From Myxococcota bacterium (lineage in GTDB: Bacteria; Myxococcota_A; UBA796; SXON01): a stretch of 64,000 nucleotides of DNA. The stretch spans positions 85,343-149,342 of the forward strand of contig JAZKFH010000055.1 of the NCBI GenBank assembly GCA_040386535.1. The letters run 5' to 3'. Below, one piece after another: positions 18,374-28,137 of the stretch. Within the stretch, counting starts at the first letter, position 1. Every line of letters begins with the position of its first letter. A program made the translations under genes and the position numbers. The notes under the pieces were generated by a model that saw only the letters and a program-made list of their open reading frames with translations, was not told the origin of the DNA and made no database searches.

Positions 18374-21300
18374 ATGTTCAACACGCTCATCCGCTTCTCG
18401 CTCCAGAACCGCCTCTTCGTGCTCGTCGTGGCCGCGGTCGTGCTCGCCTGGGGCGGGTGGACCGCCGCGCGGCTCCCGGTCGACGTGTTCCCCGACCTGA
18501 ACCGCCCGACCGTGACCCTCCTCACCGAGGCCGGCGGCCTGTCCCCCGAGGAGGTCGAGCTCCTCGTCACCCGCCCGGTCGAGACGGCGATGAACGGCGC
18601 GCCCGGCGTCGAGCGCGTCCGCTCCCAATCCGCGGTCGGGCTCTCGGTCGTGTGGGTGGAATTCGATTGGGACGTCGACATCTACCGGGCCCGCCAGCAG
18701 GTGGCCGAGCGGACCGCGCAGGTGGCGGAATCGCTGCCCGAGGGGGTGGTTCCGACGATGGGGCCGGTGAGCTCGATCATGGGCGAGATCCTGCTCGTCG
18801 GTGTCGTGTCCCCGGATGGCACGGTGCCGGGGCCGGAGCTCCGCGCGCTCGCCGATTGGACGCTCCGGCCGCGGCTGCTCGCCATCGGTGGGATCTCCCA
18901 GGTCATCGCCATCGGCGGCGGTGTCGAGCAGCTCCACGTCGAGGTCCACCCGGATCGGCTCGCCCAGCGCGGCCTGACCCTCCGCGACGTGCGCGAGGCC
19001 GCCGCCGGCGCGCAGGGGAGCACCACCGGCGGGTTCCTGGAGCAGCAGAGCCAGGAGTATGTCGTCCGCAACCTCGCCCGCACGGCCGACCCCGCCGCGA
19101 TCGGGGACACCGTGGTCGCCACGCGGGACGGCGTCCCCATCACGCTCGCGGACGTGGCGGACGTGCGCCGGGGCATCGGCACCCAACGCGGCGACGCGGG
19201 CGTGAACGGCCAGCCCGCCGTGGTCCTCTCGGTGCAGAAGCAGCCGGGCACCGACACCATCGTGCTCACCGAGCAGGTCGAGCACGCGCTGGACGAGCTT
19301 CGTCGCGGCCTGCCCGCGGGGGTCGAGGTGGTGCCGCTGTTCCGCCAGGCCGACTTCATCGAGGCCTCCGTGTCCAACGTCGAGGAGGCGCTCCGCGACG
19401 GCGCGATCCTCGTCACCATCATCCTCGTCCTGTTCCTGCTCAACGTCCGCACCACCGCGATCACCCTCACCGCGATTCCCCTCTCGATGGTCGTCGCGGC
19501 GCTCGCGCTCCAGGCGTTCGGCCTCACCCTCAACACGATGACGCTCGGCGGCCTCGCGGTCGCCATCGGCGAGCTCGTGGACGACGCGATCGTAGACGTG
19601 GAGAACGTGTATCGCCGCCTGCGGGAGAACCGCGCGCTCCCAACTCCCCGCGCGCCGCTCCGTGTCATCCTCGACGCGAGCGTGGAGGTGCGCAGCTCCA
19701 TCGTCTTCTCCACGCTCCTCGTCATCCTCGTGTTCATCCCGCTGTTCGCGCTCTCGGGCATCGAGGGCCGCCTGTTCGCGCCGCTCGGCGTCGCCTACAT
19801 CGCCTCGATCGTGGCCTCGATGGTCGTGTCGCTGACGGTCACGCCGGTGCTCGCGTCGTACCTGCTGCCGCGGATGACACAGAAACAGGAGCGCGGGGAC
19901 GGTTGGTTGGTGCGCAAGCTCAAGGGCCTCGACCGCCGGGCGTTGGAGTGGGCGCTCCCCCGTCCGAAGACAATCCTGTTCGCCGTCGGTGGTGCCGTGC
20001 TGGTCGCCGCGCTGAGCGTCCCGTTCCTCGGTACCAGCTTCCTCCCGCCCTTCAACGAGGGCACGGCCACGGTCAACCTGCTCGCCACCCCGGGCACGAG
20101 CCTCACCGAGTCCGACAAGCTCGGCACGCTCGCCGAGCGGCTCCTGCTCGAGGTCCCCGAGGTCAAGAGCACGGGCCGCCGCACCGGTCGCGCCGAGATG
20201 GACGAGCACGCCGAGGGCGTGCATTACACCGAGATCGACGTCGACTTCGAGGCCGCCGTGAGGGGAGGGCGCCCGCGCGAGGAGGTCCTCGCCGAGATTC
20301 GTGGCAAGCTCGCGCGGATCCCGGGCGTGGTCACCAACATCGGCCAGCCCATCGGCCACCGCCTCGACCACCTGCTCTCGGGCGTGCGCGCGCAGATCGC
20401 CATCAAGGTGTTCGGGCCCGATCTCGCCACGCTCCGCGGCGAGGCGGCGCGGATCGAGGAGCGGCTCGCGCCCATCCCGGGGCTGGTCGACCTTCAGGTC
20501 GAGCGCCAGGTGCTCATCCCGCAGGTGCAGGTGCGCGTCGACCGCGACGCGGCCAAACGTTTCGGCGTAGCGCCTGGACACCTCGCCGAGGATCTCGAGA
20601 CCGCGCTCGGCGGCGTGCGGGTCGCGCAGGTGCTCGACGGCGTGCGGACCCTGGATCTCGTGACCCGCTACGCGCCCGAGTGGCGCGGCGACATCGAGCG
20701 CATCGGCATCACGCCCGTGTCACTGGAGGGGGGCCGCACCGTCACCCTGGGCCAGCTCGCCGAGGTGTCGGCCGGGACCGGGCCCAACCAGGTGGTCCAC
20801 GAGGACGGCCAGCGCCGCATCGCCATCTCCGCGAACACGGCGGGGCGGGACGTGGGAAGCGTGGTGGGTGACATCCAAGTCGCCTTGGAAGGGCTCACCC
20901 TGCCGACCGGCTACTACTGGACCATCGGCGGCCAATTCGAGAGCCAGCAGTCGGCGAGCCGCACCATCGGCCTGCTCTCGCTCCTGTCGCTCGCGGGCAT
21001 GTACGCCGTGCTGTTCGCGCACTTCCGCTCGCACGCGCTCACGCTCCAGGTGCTCCTCAACATCCCGCTCGCGCTGATCGGCTCCGTCGCGGCCATCTGG
21101 ATCTCGGGCCAGCCCCTCTCGGTCGCAACGTTGGTCGGCTTCATCACCTTGTGTGGCATCGCCTCGCGCAACACCATCCTGATGCTCTCCCACTACATCC
21201 ACCTCGTCCGCCACGAGGGCGAGGTGTTCGGGCCCGCGATGGTCGTCCGCGGCTCGCTCGAGCGGCTGGTGCCCGTCGCGATGACCGCGTTGTGCGCCGG

Positions 21301-21508
21301 CATCGCGCTGATCCCGCTCGCGTTCGCGGGTGGCACGCCGGGCAAGGAGATCCTCACCCCGGTCGCCCAGGTCATCCTCGGCGGCCTCCTCTCCTCCACG
21401 CTGCTGGACATGGTGGTGACCCCCACGGTGTTCCTCCGCTACGGCGGCGACGCGCTCCGCTCGCTCGTGTCCGGCGCCGACGCCACCGACCCGCTCGAGA
21501 CGACGTGA
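18374..21508 (+). CDS. CusA/CzcA-family heavy-metal efflux RND transporter
   Basis: LPVDVFPDL, GGLAVAIGELVDDAIVDVEN, GFITLCGIASRN and RLVPVAMTA; 1044 aa. Confidence 0.95.
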   Translation: MFNTLIRFSLQNRLFVLVVAAVVLAWGGWTAARLPVDVFPDLNRPTVTLLTEAGGLSPEEVELLVTRPVETAMNGAPGVERVRSQSAVGLSVVWVEFDWDVDIYRARQQVAERTAQVAESLPEGVVPTMGPVSSIMGEILLVGVVSPDGTVPGPELRALADWTLRPRLLAIGGISQVIAIGGGVEQLHVEVHPDRLAQRGLTLRDVREAAAGAQGSTTGGFLEQQSQEYVVRNLARTADPAAIGDTVVATRDGVPITLADVADVRRGIGTQRGDAGVNGQPAVVLSVQKQPGTDTIVLTEQVEHALDELRRGLPAGVEVVPLFRQADFIEASVSNVEEALRDGAILVTIILVLFLLNVRTTAITLTAIPLSMVVAALALQAFGLTLNTMTLGGLAVAIGELVDDAIVDVENVYRRLRENRALPTPRAPLRVILDASVEVRSSIVFSTLLVILVFIPLFALSGIEGRLFAPLGVAYIASIVASMVVSLTVTPVLASYLLPRMTQKQERGDGWLVRKLKGLDRRALEWALPRPKTILFAVGGAVLVAALSVPFLGTSFLPPFNEGTATVNLLATPGTSLTESDKLGTLAERLLLEVPEVKSTGRRTGRAEMDEHAEGVHYTEIDVDFEAAVRGGRPREEVLAEIRGKLARIPGVVTNIGQPIGHRLDHLLSGVRAQIAIKVFGPDLATLRGEAARIEERLAPIPGLVDLQVERQVLIPQVQVRVDRDAAKRFGVAPGHLAEDLETALGGVRVAQVLDGVRTLDLVTRYAPEWRGDIERIGITPVSLEGGRTVTLGQLAEVSAGTGPNQVVHEDGQRRIAISANTAGRDVGSVVGDIQVALEGLTLPTGYYWTIGGQFESQQSASRTIGLLSLLSLAGMYAVLFAHFRSHALTLQVLLNIPLALIGSVAAIWISGQPLSVATLVGFITLCGIASRNTILMLSHYIHLVRHEGEVFGPAMVVRGSLERLVPVAMTALCAGIALIPLAFAGGTPGKEILTPVAQVILGGLLSSTLLDMVVTPTVFLRYGGDALRSLVSGADATDPLETT

Positions 21509-21546
21509 CACATCCCCGTTTCCAACTCCCACCCAGGACCTCTGCC

Positions 21547-22335
21547 ATGCGTTTCCTGCTCCCTTTCGTCCTCCTCGCCGCCTGTTCCACCGAGCCCACG
21601 GCTACCGAGCCGGCGCCCGCCGCTCCAGCGCCCGCCGCTCCAGCGCCCGCCGCCGATCACGCCGACGGCGAGCACGCCCACGCGAGCCCGCACGGCGGCG
21701 AGATCAAGACCGTCGGGAACCGCCACGTCGAGGCGCTGTTCATGCCGGGCGGCATCATGGTCTGGCTCACCGACACGGCCGAGAAGCCGCTCCCTCTCGA
21801 CGGCATCACCGGCTCCGCCGTGGTGAAGGGGCCTGGCGGCGTCGAGACGGTCACGCTCGCGCCGATGGGCGATCACTTGCACGCCGTCGCGAAGCTCGCC
21901 CAGGGTGAGCCGGCCACGGCGGTGCTCACACTGACGAGCAGCGGCAAGGCCGAGAGCGTGTCATTCGAGACCAACGCGGTCGGCCTCCAGGAGCACGACC
22001 ACACCTCGCTCCACGGCGGCCAGGTCGGCATGTGGGGCGACTATCACCTCGAGTACGCACCCATCGACGGGGAGCACCGGGTGTGGGTCACGGACGCCAA
22101 GCGCGTGCCGGTCGCGGGCGTGACCGGCTCGTTGACAGACGGCGAGACCGCGGTCCCGCTCACGTTCGACCCCGCCACGGGCAAACTCGCGGGCAAGGCC
22201 GACGGCGCCGGGACCCGGCCGGTGATGGTCGACGTGAAGGTGGGCGAGACCACCTTCTCGCTGGGGTTCAACGCGGCGTCGCCGCCACCCGCCAAGGGGT
22301 ACGAGCACAGTCCGCACGGACACGGGCACGAGTAG
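21547..22335 (+). CDS. His-rich lipoprotein, probable metal chaperone of the RND system
   Basis: LLAAC lipobox, PAPAA linker, two repeated domains (HAHASPHGG / HDHTSLHGG), and C-terminal HSPHGHGHE. Confidence 0.75.
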   Translation: MRFLLPFVLLAACSTEPTATEPAPAAPAPAAPAPAADHADGEHAHASPHGGEIKTVGNRHVEALFMPGGIMVWLTDTAEKPLPLDGITGSAVVKGPGGVETVTLAPMGDHLHAVAKLAQGEPATAVLTLTSSGKAESVSFETNAVGLQEHDHTSLHGGQVGMWGDYHLEYAPIDGEHRVWVTDAKRVPVAGVTGSLTDGETAVPLTFDPATGKLAGKADGAGTRPVMVDVKVGETTFSLGFNAASPPPAKGYEHSPHGHGHE

Positions 22336-22347
22336 ACGGAGCCGCAA

Positions 22348-23007
22348 TCATCGGTGCGTCACGACGAGGTCGTAGATCGCGACCTCGCCGTACGCGTCGG
22401 GGCGATCCCCCATCTCCTCGTTGGATTGGGTGTACGCGCCGGCCTTGAAATAGCAGGTGTCCGCGTCGACCGGGATGCGCGCCACGGGCACGGTCATGTC
22501 CTCGTAGTACACGGCCACCTGCCCGTTCGCGGCGACGAACCGCACCGTGAACACCTCGCCCAGGGTGTAGCTGGGATCGAGCTCCACGAGCGGATCGCCC
22601 TCGGTCTCGACCATGAGGCGCTCACCTTCGAGGCGAAACACCACCACGTCGTCGGAGCCGTCGTGGACCTGACCGGCCACGACGTGGGGCTTGACCTCGG
22701 GGACGTGGGTGATCGCCTGGGTGATCGTCATCGTGTGCTCGCCCACGTTGGTCGACCACGCGGCGCGCTCGCCCATGGCGGTCATCTCGCGCAGCTCGGT
22801 GCGCGCGTAGCCCGATCCGGCGGTCGTCACGCCCCCGGCGTTGGCCCGGAACCACACCGCGGTACCGGAGCGGTTGACCTGGAAGTAGGGGGGGTGGGTG
22901 AAGGTGGAGAGATCCGCGGGGAAGATCTCGGTTGGTTCGTCGTCGACACCTGTCGGCAAGGTGAGCGCCCACCTGCTGAGGTCCAATAGATCGGCTGGGA
23001 AGAACAT
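22348..23007 (-). CDS. Polysaccharide lyase family 7 (alginate lyase)
   Basis: RTELRE, QVH and YFKAGAYTQ conserved PL7 motifs. Confidence 0.9.
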   Translation of the reverse strand: MFFPADLLDLSRWALTLPTGVDDEPTEIFPADLSTFTHPPYFQVNRSGTAVWFRANAGGVTTAGSGYARTELREMTAMGERAAWSTNVGEHTMTITQAITHVPEVKPHVVAGQVHDGSDDVVVFRLEGERLMVETEGDPLVELDPSYTLGEVFTVRFVAANGQVAVYYEDMTVPVARIPVDADTCYFKAGAYTQSNEEMGDRPDAYGEVAIYDLVVTHR

Positions 23008-23196
23008 GCTAGCTCACTAGCCACACGCCCGTCGATCAGCGGCTTGTCTCCTGCCTTCTCGGGTTCTCTCGGCGCGGGCGTGACAAACGACGACCGTGTC
23101 GCGTGGCGGGGCTCGCGCCACGCCTGGCTCGTGCCGACGCGGTCCGGCTTGTTCGACGCCTGTTTGCGCCTACGCAGGATGATCGATGGAGACGAC

Positions 23197-24150
23197 ATGC
23201 GACGTGGAACCTGGGTGATACTGTTGGTGACGGCGGGAGTGGTGGCCGGGGGATGTGGCGGCCGGCGCGGGCAACCGATCGAACAATCGGGCGCGTCGCA
23301 GGCGCCGGAAGGGTGGCAGGAGTGGCCTCCGGAGCGGGAAGGGGAGGGGCCCGGAGGCCCGGCGCCCGGTGGCCAGCCCCCGCTGGGGCCGCAGCTCGGG
23401 ACGAACGGCGCGGATGGCGCGGGAACCGATGGCACCGGCACGGATGGCACCGCTGAGGAGGATCGCGCGCTCGACGAAGCGCGTGAGTGGGCCGCGGACG
23501 CCGACGATGCGGCGCGGAACGCGGCGGCCAATGCGGCGGCGGCCCAGGAGGCGGCGCGGGCGGCGGCGGCGCAGGCGGCGGCGGCCAAGGAGGCTTCGAC
23601 GGAGGCGGCGCGGGCGGCGGGGGTGGAGACCACGGGACCGGAGGCGCCGGAGATGGCAACCCAGATCCCGGGTGTGGAGCGGGCCGACGCCGATCGCCAG
23701 CGGGTCGACGAGGCGCTCGCCGGCCTCGCCACGCGCATCGACGAGGTGCGGGTGTCCCAGGATCTACGCCACCACGACCTCGGTAGCGCCTTCCAGCACC
23801 TCGCCGACGCGATGGTCGCCCTCTCCGCCGCGGAGAACGTGCGCGCCCCGGTGACACGGATGCTCGACTTCTCGCGGCAGATCACCGAGTCGGATCCGAT
23901 GTCGCCCGACCACACCGACTGGGCGCGGCTCGCGCTCCAGCAGGGCGCCGAGGCGCTCACCGCCTTGGTGGGCGACGTCGGCGCGGCGGACATGGCGACC
24001 CGCCTCACGACGATCCGCGCCACGATCGACACGATCGACGTGGACCGTCCGCTGCTCCGGCAGACCCAGCCGGTCGCGGACGCGCTGTACCAGATGGGCG
24101 GCGTGATCGCGGAGCTCAACCGCGCGCCGGAGGCGGTCGGCGCCCGCTGA
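23197..24150 (+). CDS. Hypothetical lipoprotein
   Basis: MRRGTWVILLVTAGVVAGGC lipobox, Ala-rich linker and helical C-terminal domain. Confidence 0.65.
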   Translation: MRRGTWVILLVTAGVVAGGCGGRRGQPIEQSGASQAPEGWQEWPPEREGEGPGGPAPGGQPPLGPQLGTNGADGAGTDGTGTDGTAEEDRALDEAREWAADADDAARNAAANAAAAQEAARAAAAQAAAAKEASTEAARAAGVETTGPEAPEMATQIPGVERADADRQRVDEALAGLATRIDEVRVSQDLRHHDLGSAFQHLADAMVALSAAENVRAPVTRMLDFSRQITESDPMSPDHTDWARLALQQGAEALTALVGDVGAADMATRLTTIRATIDTIDVDRPLLRQTQPVADALYQMGGVIAELNRAPEAVGAR

Positions 24151-24166
24151 ACCGGCCGTTCATGGG

Positions 24167-25675
24167 GTGTATTTCCGATCAGGGCCCCGGTCCCGTGCCT
24201 ACGGAGAGCCTTCCACCGGAGCTCTCCTGGCCCGCCGCACGCCCCTCGCCCTGCCCCCGCTGCCCATCAAGATCGAGCCCGTCTCCAACGGGGAGTACCT
24301 GCCGGTGCCGCTCCCGCCGGCGCTCGCGCGGGTGCGCCGAGAGGCCGTGGCCCGCGTCGACACGAACGCCGACCGCGCCGGGATCGACCGCCGCGTGTTC
24401 CTCGGCACCACCTGTGCGTCCGCCACGGTGCTGCTCGGCCTCAACTCGCTCGGGTGTGGCGGCGGGCGTTACCGGCTCCCGCCCGAGGCCGCTCACGAGG
24501 CCGCGGCCGCCGACGTGCTCGCGGGCGACGAGTTCATCTTCGACGTCCAGACCCACCTCGTCGCGGGCGACCGCCCGTGGTGGCGCGCCGAGGAGCCCAA
24601 CCTCGGCGATTTCTTGCGCACCCAACCCTCTTCCCAGTGCGGCGAGCCCGACTGGGTACAGTGTTTCACCGAGGATCCCTTCATCAAGGAGGTGTTCCTC
24701 GACAGTGACACGAAAATGGCCGTGCTCTCCGCGTTGTGGGGTGACCTCGAGGCCAACCCGCTGCTCGTGCAGGAGGCCGCGCGCGCCCGGGACCGCATCG
24801 CCCGGATGGAGGGCGCCCCGCGGTTGCGCATCCACGGCATCGTCGAGCCCAACGCCCGCTCCCCCGAGCTGACCGACGAGGCCATGCCCGCGCTCGCGGA
24901 GGCGTGGGATGTGGCGGCGTGGAAGCTCTACCCGGTGTGGGGCCCCGACGGGGAGGGGTATCGCCTCACCGACGAGCTCGCCGCGCGCGTGTTCGAGAAG
25001 GGGATCTCCCTCGGAAAGAACCGCTTCGCCATCCACAAAGGATTGCCGCTCCCGGGCATGGCGCCGGACTACACGAGCCCGCTCGACGTTGGGCCGGCCG
25101 CCAAGGCGTACCCCGACGCGGTCCTGCTCATCTACCACTCCGGCTACGAGTCCGACCGGCGCGAGGGCCCCTACGATCCGCGCGCCGACCGCGGTGTCGA
25201 CGCGTTGATCCGCAGCCTCGCGGAGGCCGGCATCGGCAAGGACGGCAACGTGTACGCCGAGCTCGGCTCGTTGTGGCGCAACGTCATGACCGACCCCGAC
25301 CAGGCCGCGCACGTGCTCGGCAAGCTGCTCACCCACGTCGGCGAGGACCGCATCCTCTGGGGCACCGACTCCATCTGGTACGGCTCGCCCCAGGACCAGA
25401 TCCAGGCCTTCCGCGCGTTCGAGATCACCCCCGAATTCCAGGAGCGCTACGGCTACCCCGCGCTCACCCCCGTCGCGAAGGCAAAGATCTTCGGCCTGAA
25501 CGCCGCACGGGTCTACGACGTCGACCCCGACGAGATGCGCCGCGCCCTCGCCTGGGACGCCCTGGCCAACGCGAAGCGCGTGTACGAGCAGGCGCCGTCA
25601 CCCTCGTTCCGCACGTACGGGCCCCGGACGCGGCGCGAGTTGTTCGCGTTCTTGCGGGCGGAGCGGGGTGGGTAG
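24167..25675 (+). CDS. Amidohydrolase_2 family metallohydrolase
   Basis: DVQTH, WKLYP, IHKGLP, IYHSG, ILWGTDSIW and KIFGLNAA. Confidence 0.9.
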   Translation: MYFRSGPRSRAYGEPSTGALLARRTPLALPPLPIKIEPVSNGEYLPVPLPPALARVRREAVARVDTNADRAGIDRRVFLGTTCASATVLLGLNSLGCGGGRYRLPPEAAHEAAAADVLAGDEFIFDVQTHLVAGDRPWWRAEEPNLGDFLRTQPSSQCGEPDWVQCFTEDPFIKEVFLDSDTKMAVLSALWGDLEANPLLVQEAARARDRIARMEGAPRLRIHGIVEPNARSPELTDEAMPALAEAWDVAAWKLYPVWGPDGEGYRLTDELAARVFEKGISLGKNRFAIHKGLPLPGMAPDYTSPLDVGPAAKAYPDAVLLIYHSGYESDRREGPYDPRADRGVDALIRSLAEAGIGKDGNVYAELGSLWRNVMTDPDQAAHVLGKLLTHVGEDRILWGTDSIWYGSPQDQIQAFRAFEITPEFQERYGYPALTPVAKAKIFGLNAARVYDVDPDEMRRALAWDALANAKRVYEQAPSPSFRTYGPRTRRELFAFLRAERGG

Positions 25676-25906
25676 GGTCGGGCCTGACTTGGTTTGCCAT
25701 GTTGGGCGCGACCCCAGCGCGGACGCCGGGGTCGGTCTCCTGCGGGCGCGGGCTCCGCCCTTGGTTGGCACGTCGGCGCCGCGCCGCCGGGTGCCGAACC
25801 GCCCGGCCCCGGCCGGGCGCCCTCCGGAGCCCTCGCGCGACGGCGCGGATTCATGTGACGCGGTCGAGTGGGGAGCGTATTGCTTGTAGGAGCGGCCGAA
25901 GTCGTT

Positions 25907-26039
25907 GGATGACGACGCATCCCCTGACCTCGAGCGGACATAGCGTCCGGAGTGAGGGGATGGGCGCGCATCCCGCGACTTCGGACGGATATACCGTCAG
26001 AAGTGACCGGATGGGTGCGCATCCCCCGACCTTGGACGC
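25907..26039. repeat. Degenerate 51-bp tandem repeat of palindromic units (~2.6 copies)
   Basis: GGATG...GCATCC starts at 25907, 25958 and 26009; the first two units each carry a second hairpin. Confidence 0.7.
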
Positions 26040-26434
26040 TCGCCCCGGTCCTCCCCTCCCAATTCGGCGCGCCGCCGCCCGGCCGGCCATCGACGCCGTT
26101 CTCGCACGATGCGATCCGCGCCTGTCACCGCCCGCGCCAGGCGCCTGGAGGGCGGCCGGCTCGGCGGCCGGTCCCGCCCGGGCTCCGCGTCCGCGCGGAG
26201 TCCGGGCGGACCAAGCGGCTCCGCCGCGCGCCCAGTAGGGGCCGACGGGCCCGCGTCCCCGCGGGCCCGGGGCGCCCGAACCGGCGCTGGCACGCAACGC
26301 CATCACGACCGGCAGCGTCCGAGCCAACGGTTCCCCCGACCGCGCCGGTGCGAACGATGTCATCGCAGGGCGCCGCGGCGTGTTGCCAGTCCCGGCGCCT
26401 CGCGTGATGACTCCCACTCCACCCGGACCTCCGC

Positions 26435-27367
26435 ATGTCCCTCGGCCCCATCGTCACCGTCACCCTCAACCCCGCCCTGGACGAGAGCTCGACGGTGCCC
26501 CGCATCCGTCCCGACGTGAAGCTGAGGTGTTCGGCGCCCACGCGCGAGCCCGGCGGCGGCGGCGTCAACGTGGCGCGGGTCGCGCATCGTTTCGGCGTGG
26601 ACGAGCGGGCGCTCTGGGCCTGCGGCGGCCCCGAGGGGAACCGGATCGCCGCCCTGCTCGACGCCGAGGGGGTCACGCACGTGCCGGTCCCGGTCAGCGG
26701 TGACACCCGCCGCAACCTGCACGTCACGGAGACCGAGACCGACAAGGTGTTCCGCTTCAACCTCCCCGGGGGCGTGGTCACCGAGGCCGATCTCGACGCG
26801 CTCCTGGCGCGGCTCGCGTCGGAAGAGGGTGCCGCGTTCGTCGTCGCGAGCGGCAGCGTGCCGCCGGGCCTCGGCGCGGACGCGTGGACCCGCGTGGTGG
26901 CCGCCGCGCCCAGAGGTGCGCGCGTGATCCTCGACACCAGCGGGGACGCGCTCCGCCACGCGCTCGGACACGGCCTGTTCCTCATCAAGCCAAATCGGAA
27001 CGAGCTCGCGAAGCTGGTGGGGCGGCCCTTGCCCGACCGCGAGGCGGTCGCCGAGGCGGCGCGCACCCTGGTGGCAGACGGTGCGGCCGAGGGGGTGGTC
27101 GTCTCGCTCGGCGCCGAGGGGCTGCTCCTCGTCACCGCCACGGAGGAGGTGTTCGTCGCGGCGCCGCGCGTGCACGCGGTGAGCGCCGTGGGGGCCGGCG
27201 ACAGCACGGTGGCGGGCATCGTGGTCGCGTTGGTGCGCGGCCTCTCGCTGGCGGAGGCGGTCCGTTTCGGCGCGGCGGCCGGCGCGGCGGCGGTGCTCAC
27301 CCCGGGCACGGCGCTCTGCAGCCCGGAGGATGTCGAGCGGATCTACGCGGGGCTGGCGCAGGGTTGA
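26435..27367 (+). CDS. 1-phosphofructokinase / PfkB-family hexose kinase
   Basis: TVTLNPALD, PGGGGVNVAR, IKPNRNEL and VGAGDS. Confidence 0.93.
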   Translation: MSLGPIVTVTLNPALDESSTVPRIRPDVKLRCSAPTREPGGGGVNVARVAHRFGVDERALWACGGPEGNRIAALLDAEGVTHVPVPVSGDTRRNLHVTETETDKVFRFNLPGGVVTEADLDALLARLASEEGAAFVVASGSVPPGLGADAWTRVVAAAPRGARVILDTSGDALRHALGHGLFLIKPNRNELAKLVGRPLPDREAVAEAARTLVADGAAEGVVVSLGAEGLLLVTATEEVFVAAPRVHAVSAVGAGDSTVAGIVVALVRGLSLAEAVRFGAAAGAAAVLTPGTALCSPEDVERIYAGLAQG

Positions 27368-27418
27368 GGGGCGGCGAGCGCCGGCGTGGCTTCACCCACA
27401 GCCCTTGTTTCCGCCGCC

Positions 27419-27844
27419 CTACCGTGCCGGGATCTTGAGCGCCACAAGCGCCGCGGCAGGGGTAAGCGCGGGGAGTGGGGCCCGATGGAACCCCTTTGGA
27501 TCCCGGGTCGCGATCACCTGACACCCCGCCGCAGCTCCAGCCGTAGCACAAACGGCATCCTCGAAATCGGCCCAACCGAGCGCGAGGGCTTCGCGCACCA
27601 CATCTCGGCCCACTGGAGCCACGCCGAACACCCCCAGAACATCCGCGACGCAGCGCTCTGCGAACGGGCGGCCCCGCGCCTTGGACGCGAGGTAGTAGAG
27701 CGTCGGAACGCTGTGGGCAGCGAGAAGCCCCTCGGCCTCCCCAGATTCGATGTGCGCCCACAGAGCGGCCGATGCTTCAGCATGCGGCTCGCGGTCCATC
27801 AGCACATCCAGTACGACGTTCAGGTCGATGAGGGCTCGGCGCAT
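27419..27844 (-). CDS. PIN-domain (VapC-like) toxin
   Basis: ALIDLNVVLDVL, DFEDA and IATRDPKGF. Confidence 0.88.
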   Translation of the reverse strand: MRRALIDLNVVLDVLMDREPHAEASAALWAHIESGEAEGLLAAHSVPTLYYLASKARGRPFAERCVADVLGVFGVAPVGRDVVREALALGWADFEDAVCATAGAAAGCQVIATRDPKGFHRAPLPALTPAAALVALKIPAR

Positions 27845-28074
27845 TCGTACTTCTCCGCCAGGTGGTCACGATGGTCCTGGACCTCGACTCCACGGAGCGA
27901 GCCACGCAATCGGCTCAACACCGGAGTAGAGACCGACGCCGCGTTGCGCGACGAGACGGCGGCCAGGAAGTCCTCTACGAGCTGGGAGACGGACGTACCC
28001 GTTTCCGAGGCGTACTCTTTCGCGGCCTCGATGACCTTGGGGTCGACACTCAGCGTGAGCTTGGCGGCGCGCAT
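27820..28074 (-). CDS. RHH-type antitoxin (DUF6364-like)
   Basis: KLTLSVD..VIEAAKEYA...GTSVSQLVEDFL...LRGSL...HLAEKY; overlaps the PIN gene. Confidence 0.85.
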   Translation of the reverse strand: MRAAKLTLSVDPKVIEAAKEYASETGTSVSQLVEDFLAAVSSRNAASVSTPVLSRLRGSLRGVEVQDHRDHLAEKYECAEPSST

Positions 28075-28137
28075 ACGTGCTCCATGGAGAATTAGTATAC
28101 GTACAACGGCCTGGCGTCAATGCCCCTCCCGCCCCCC

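Noticed and set aside
16511..20581. 1356-aa minus-strand ORF
   Set aside because: Antisense shadow of the RND adaptor and transporter genes.
25907..26039. Possible CRISPR array
   Set aside because: Units are degenerate, the intervening segments resemble each other, there are fewer than three full units, and no cas genes are present.
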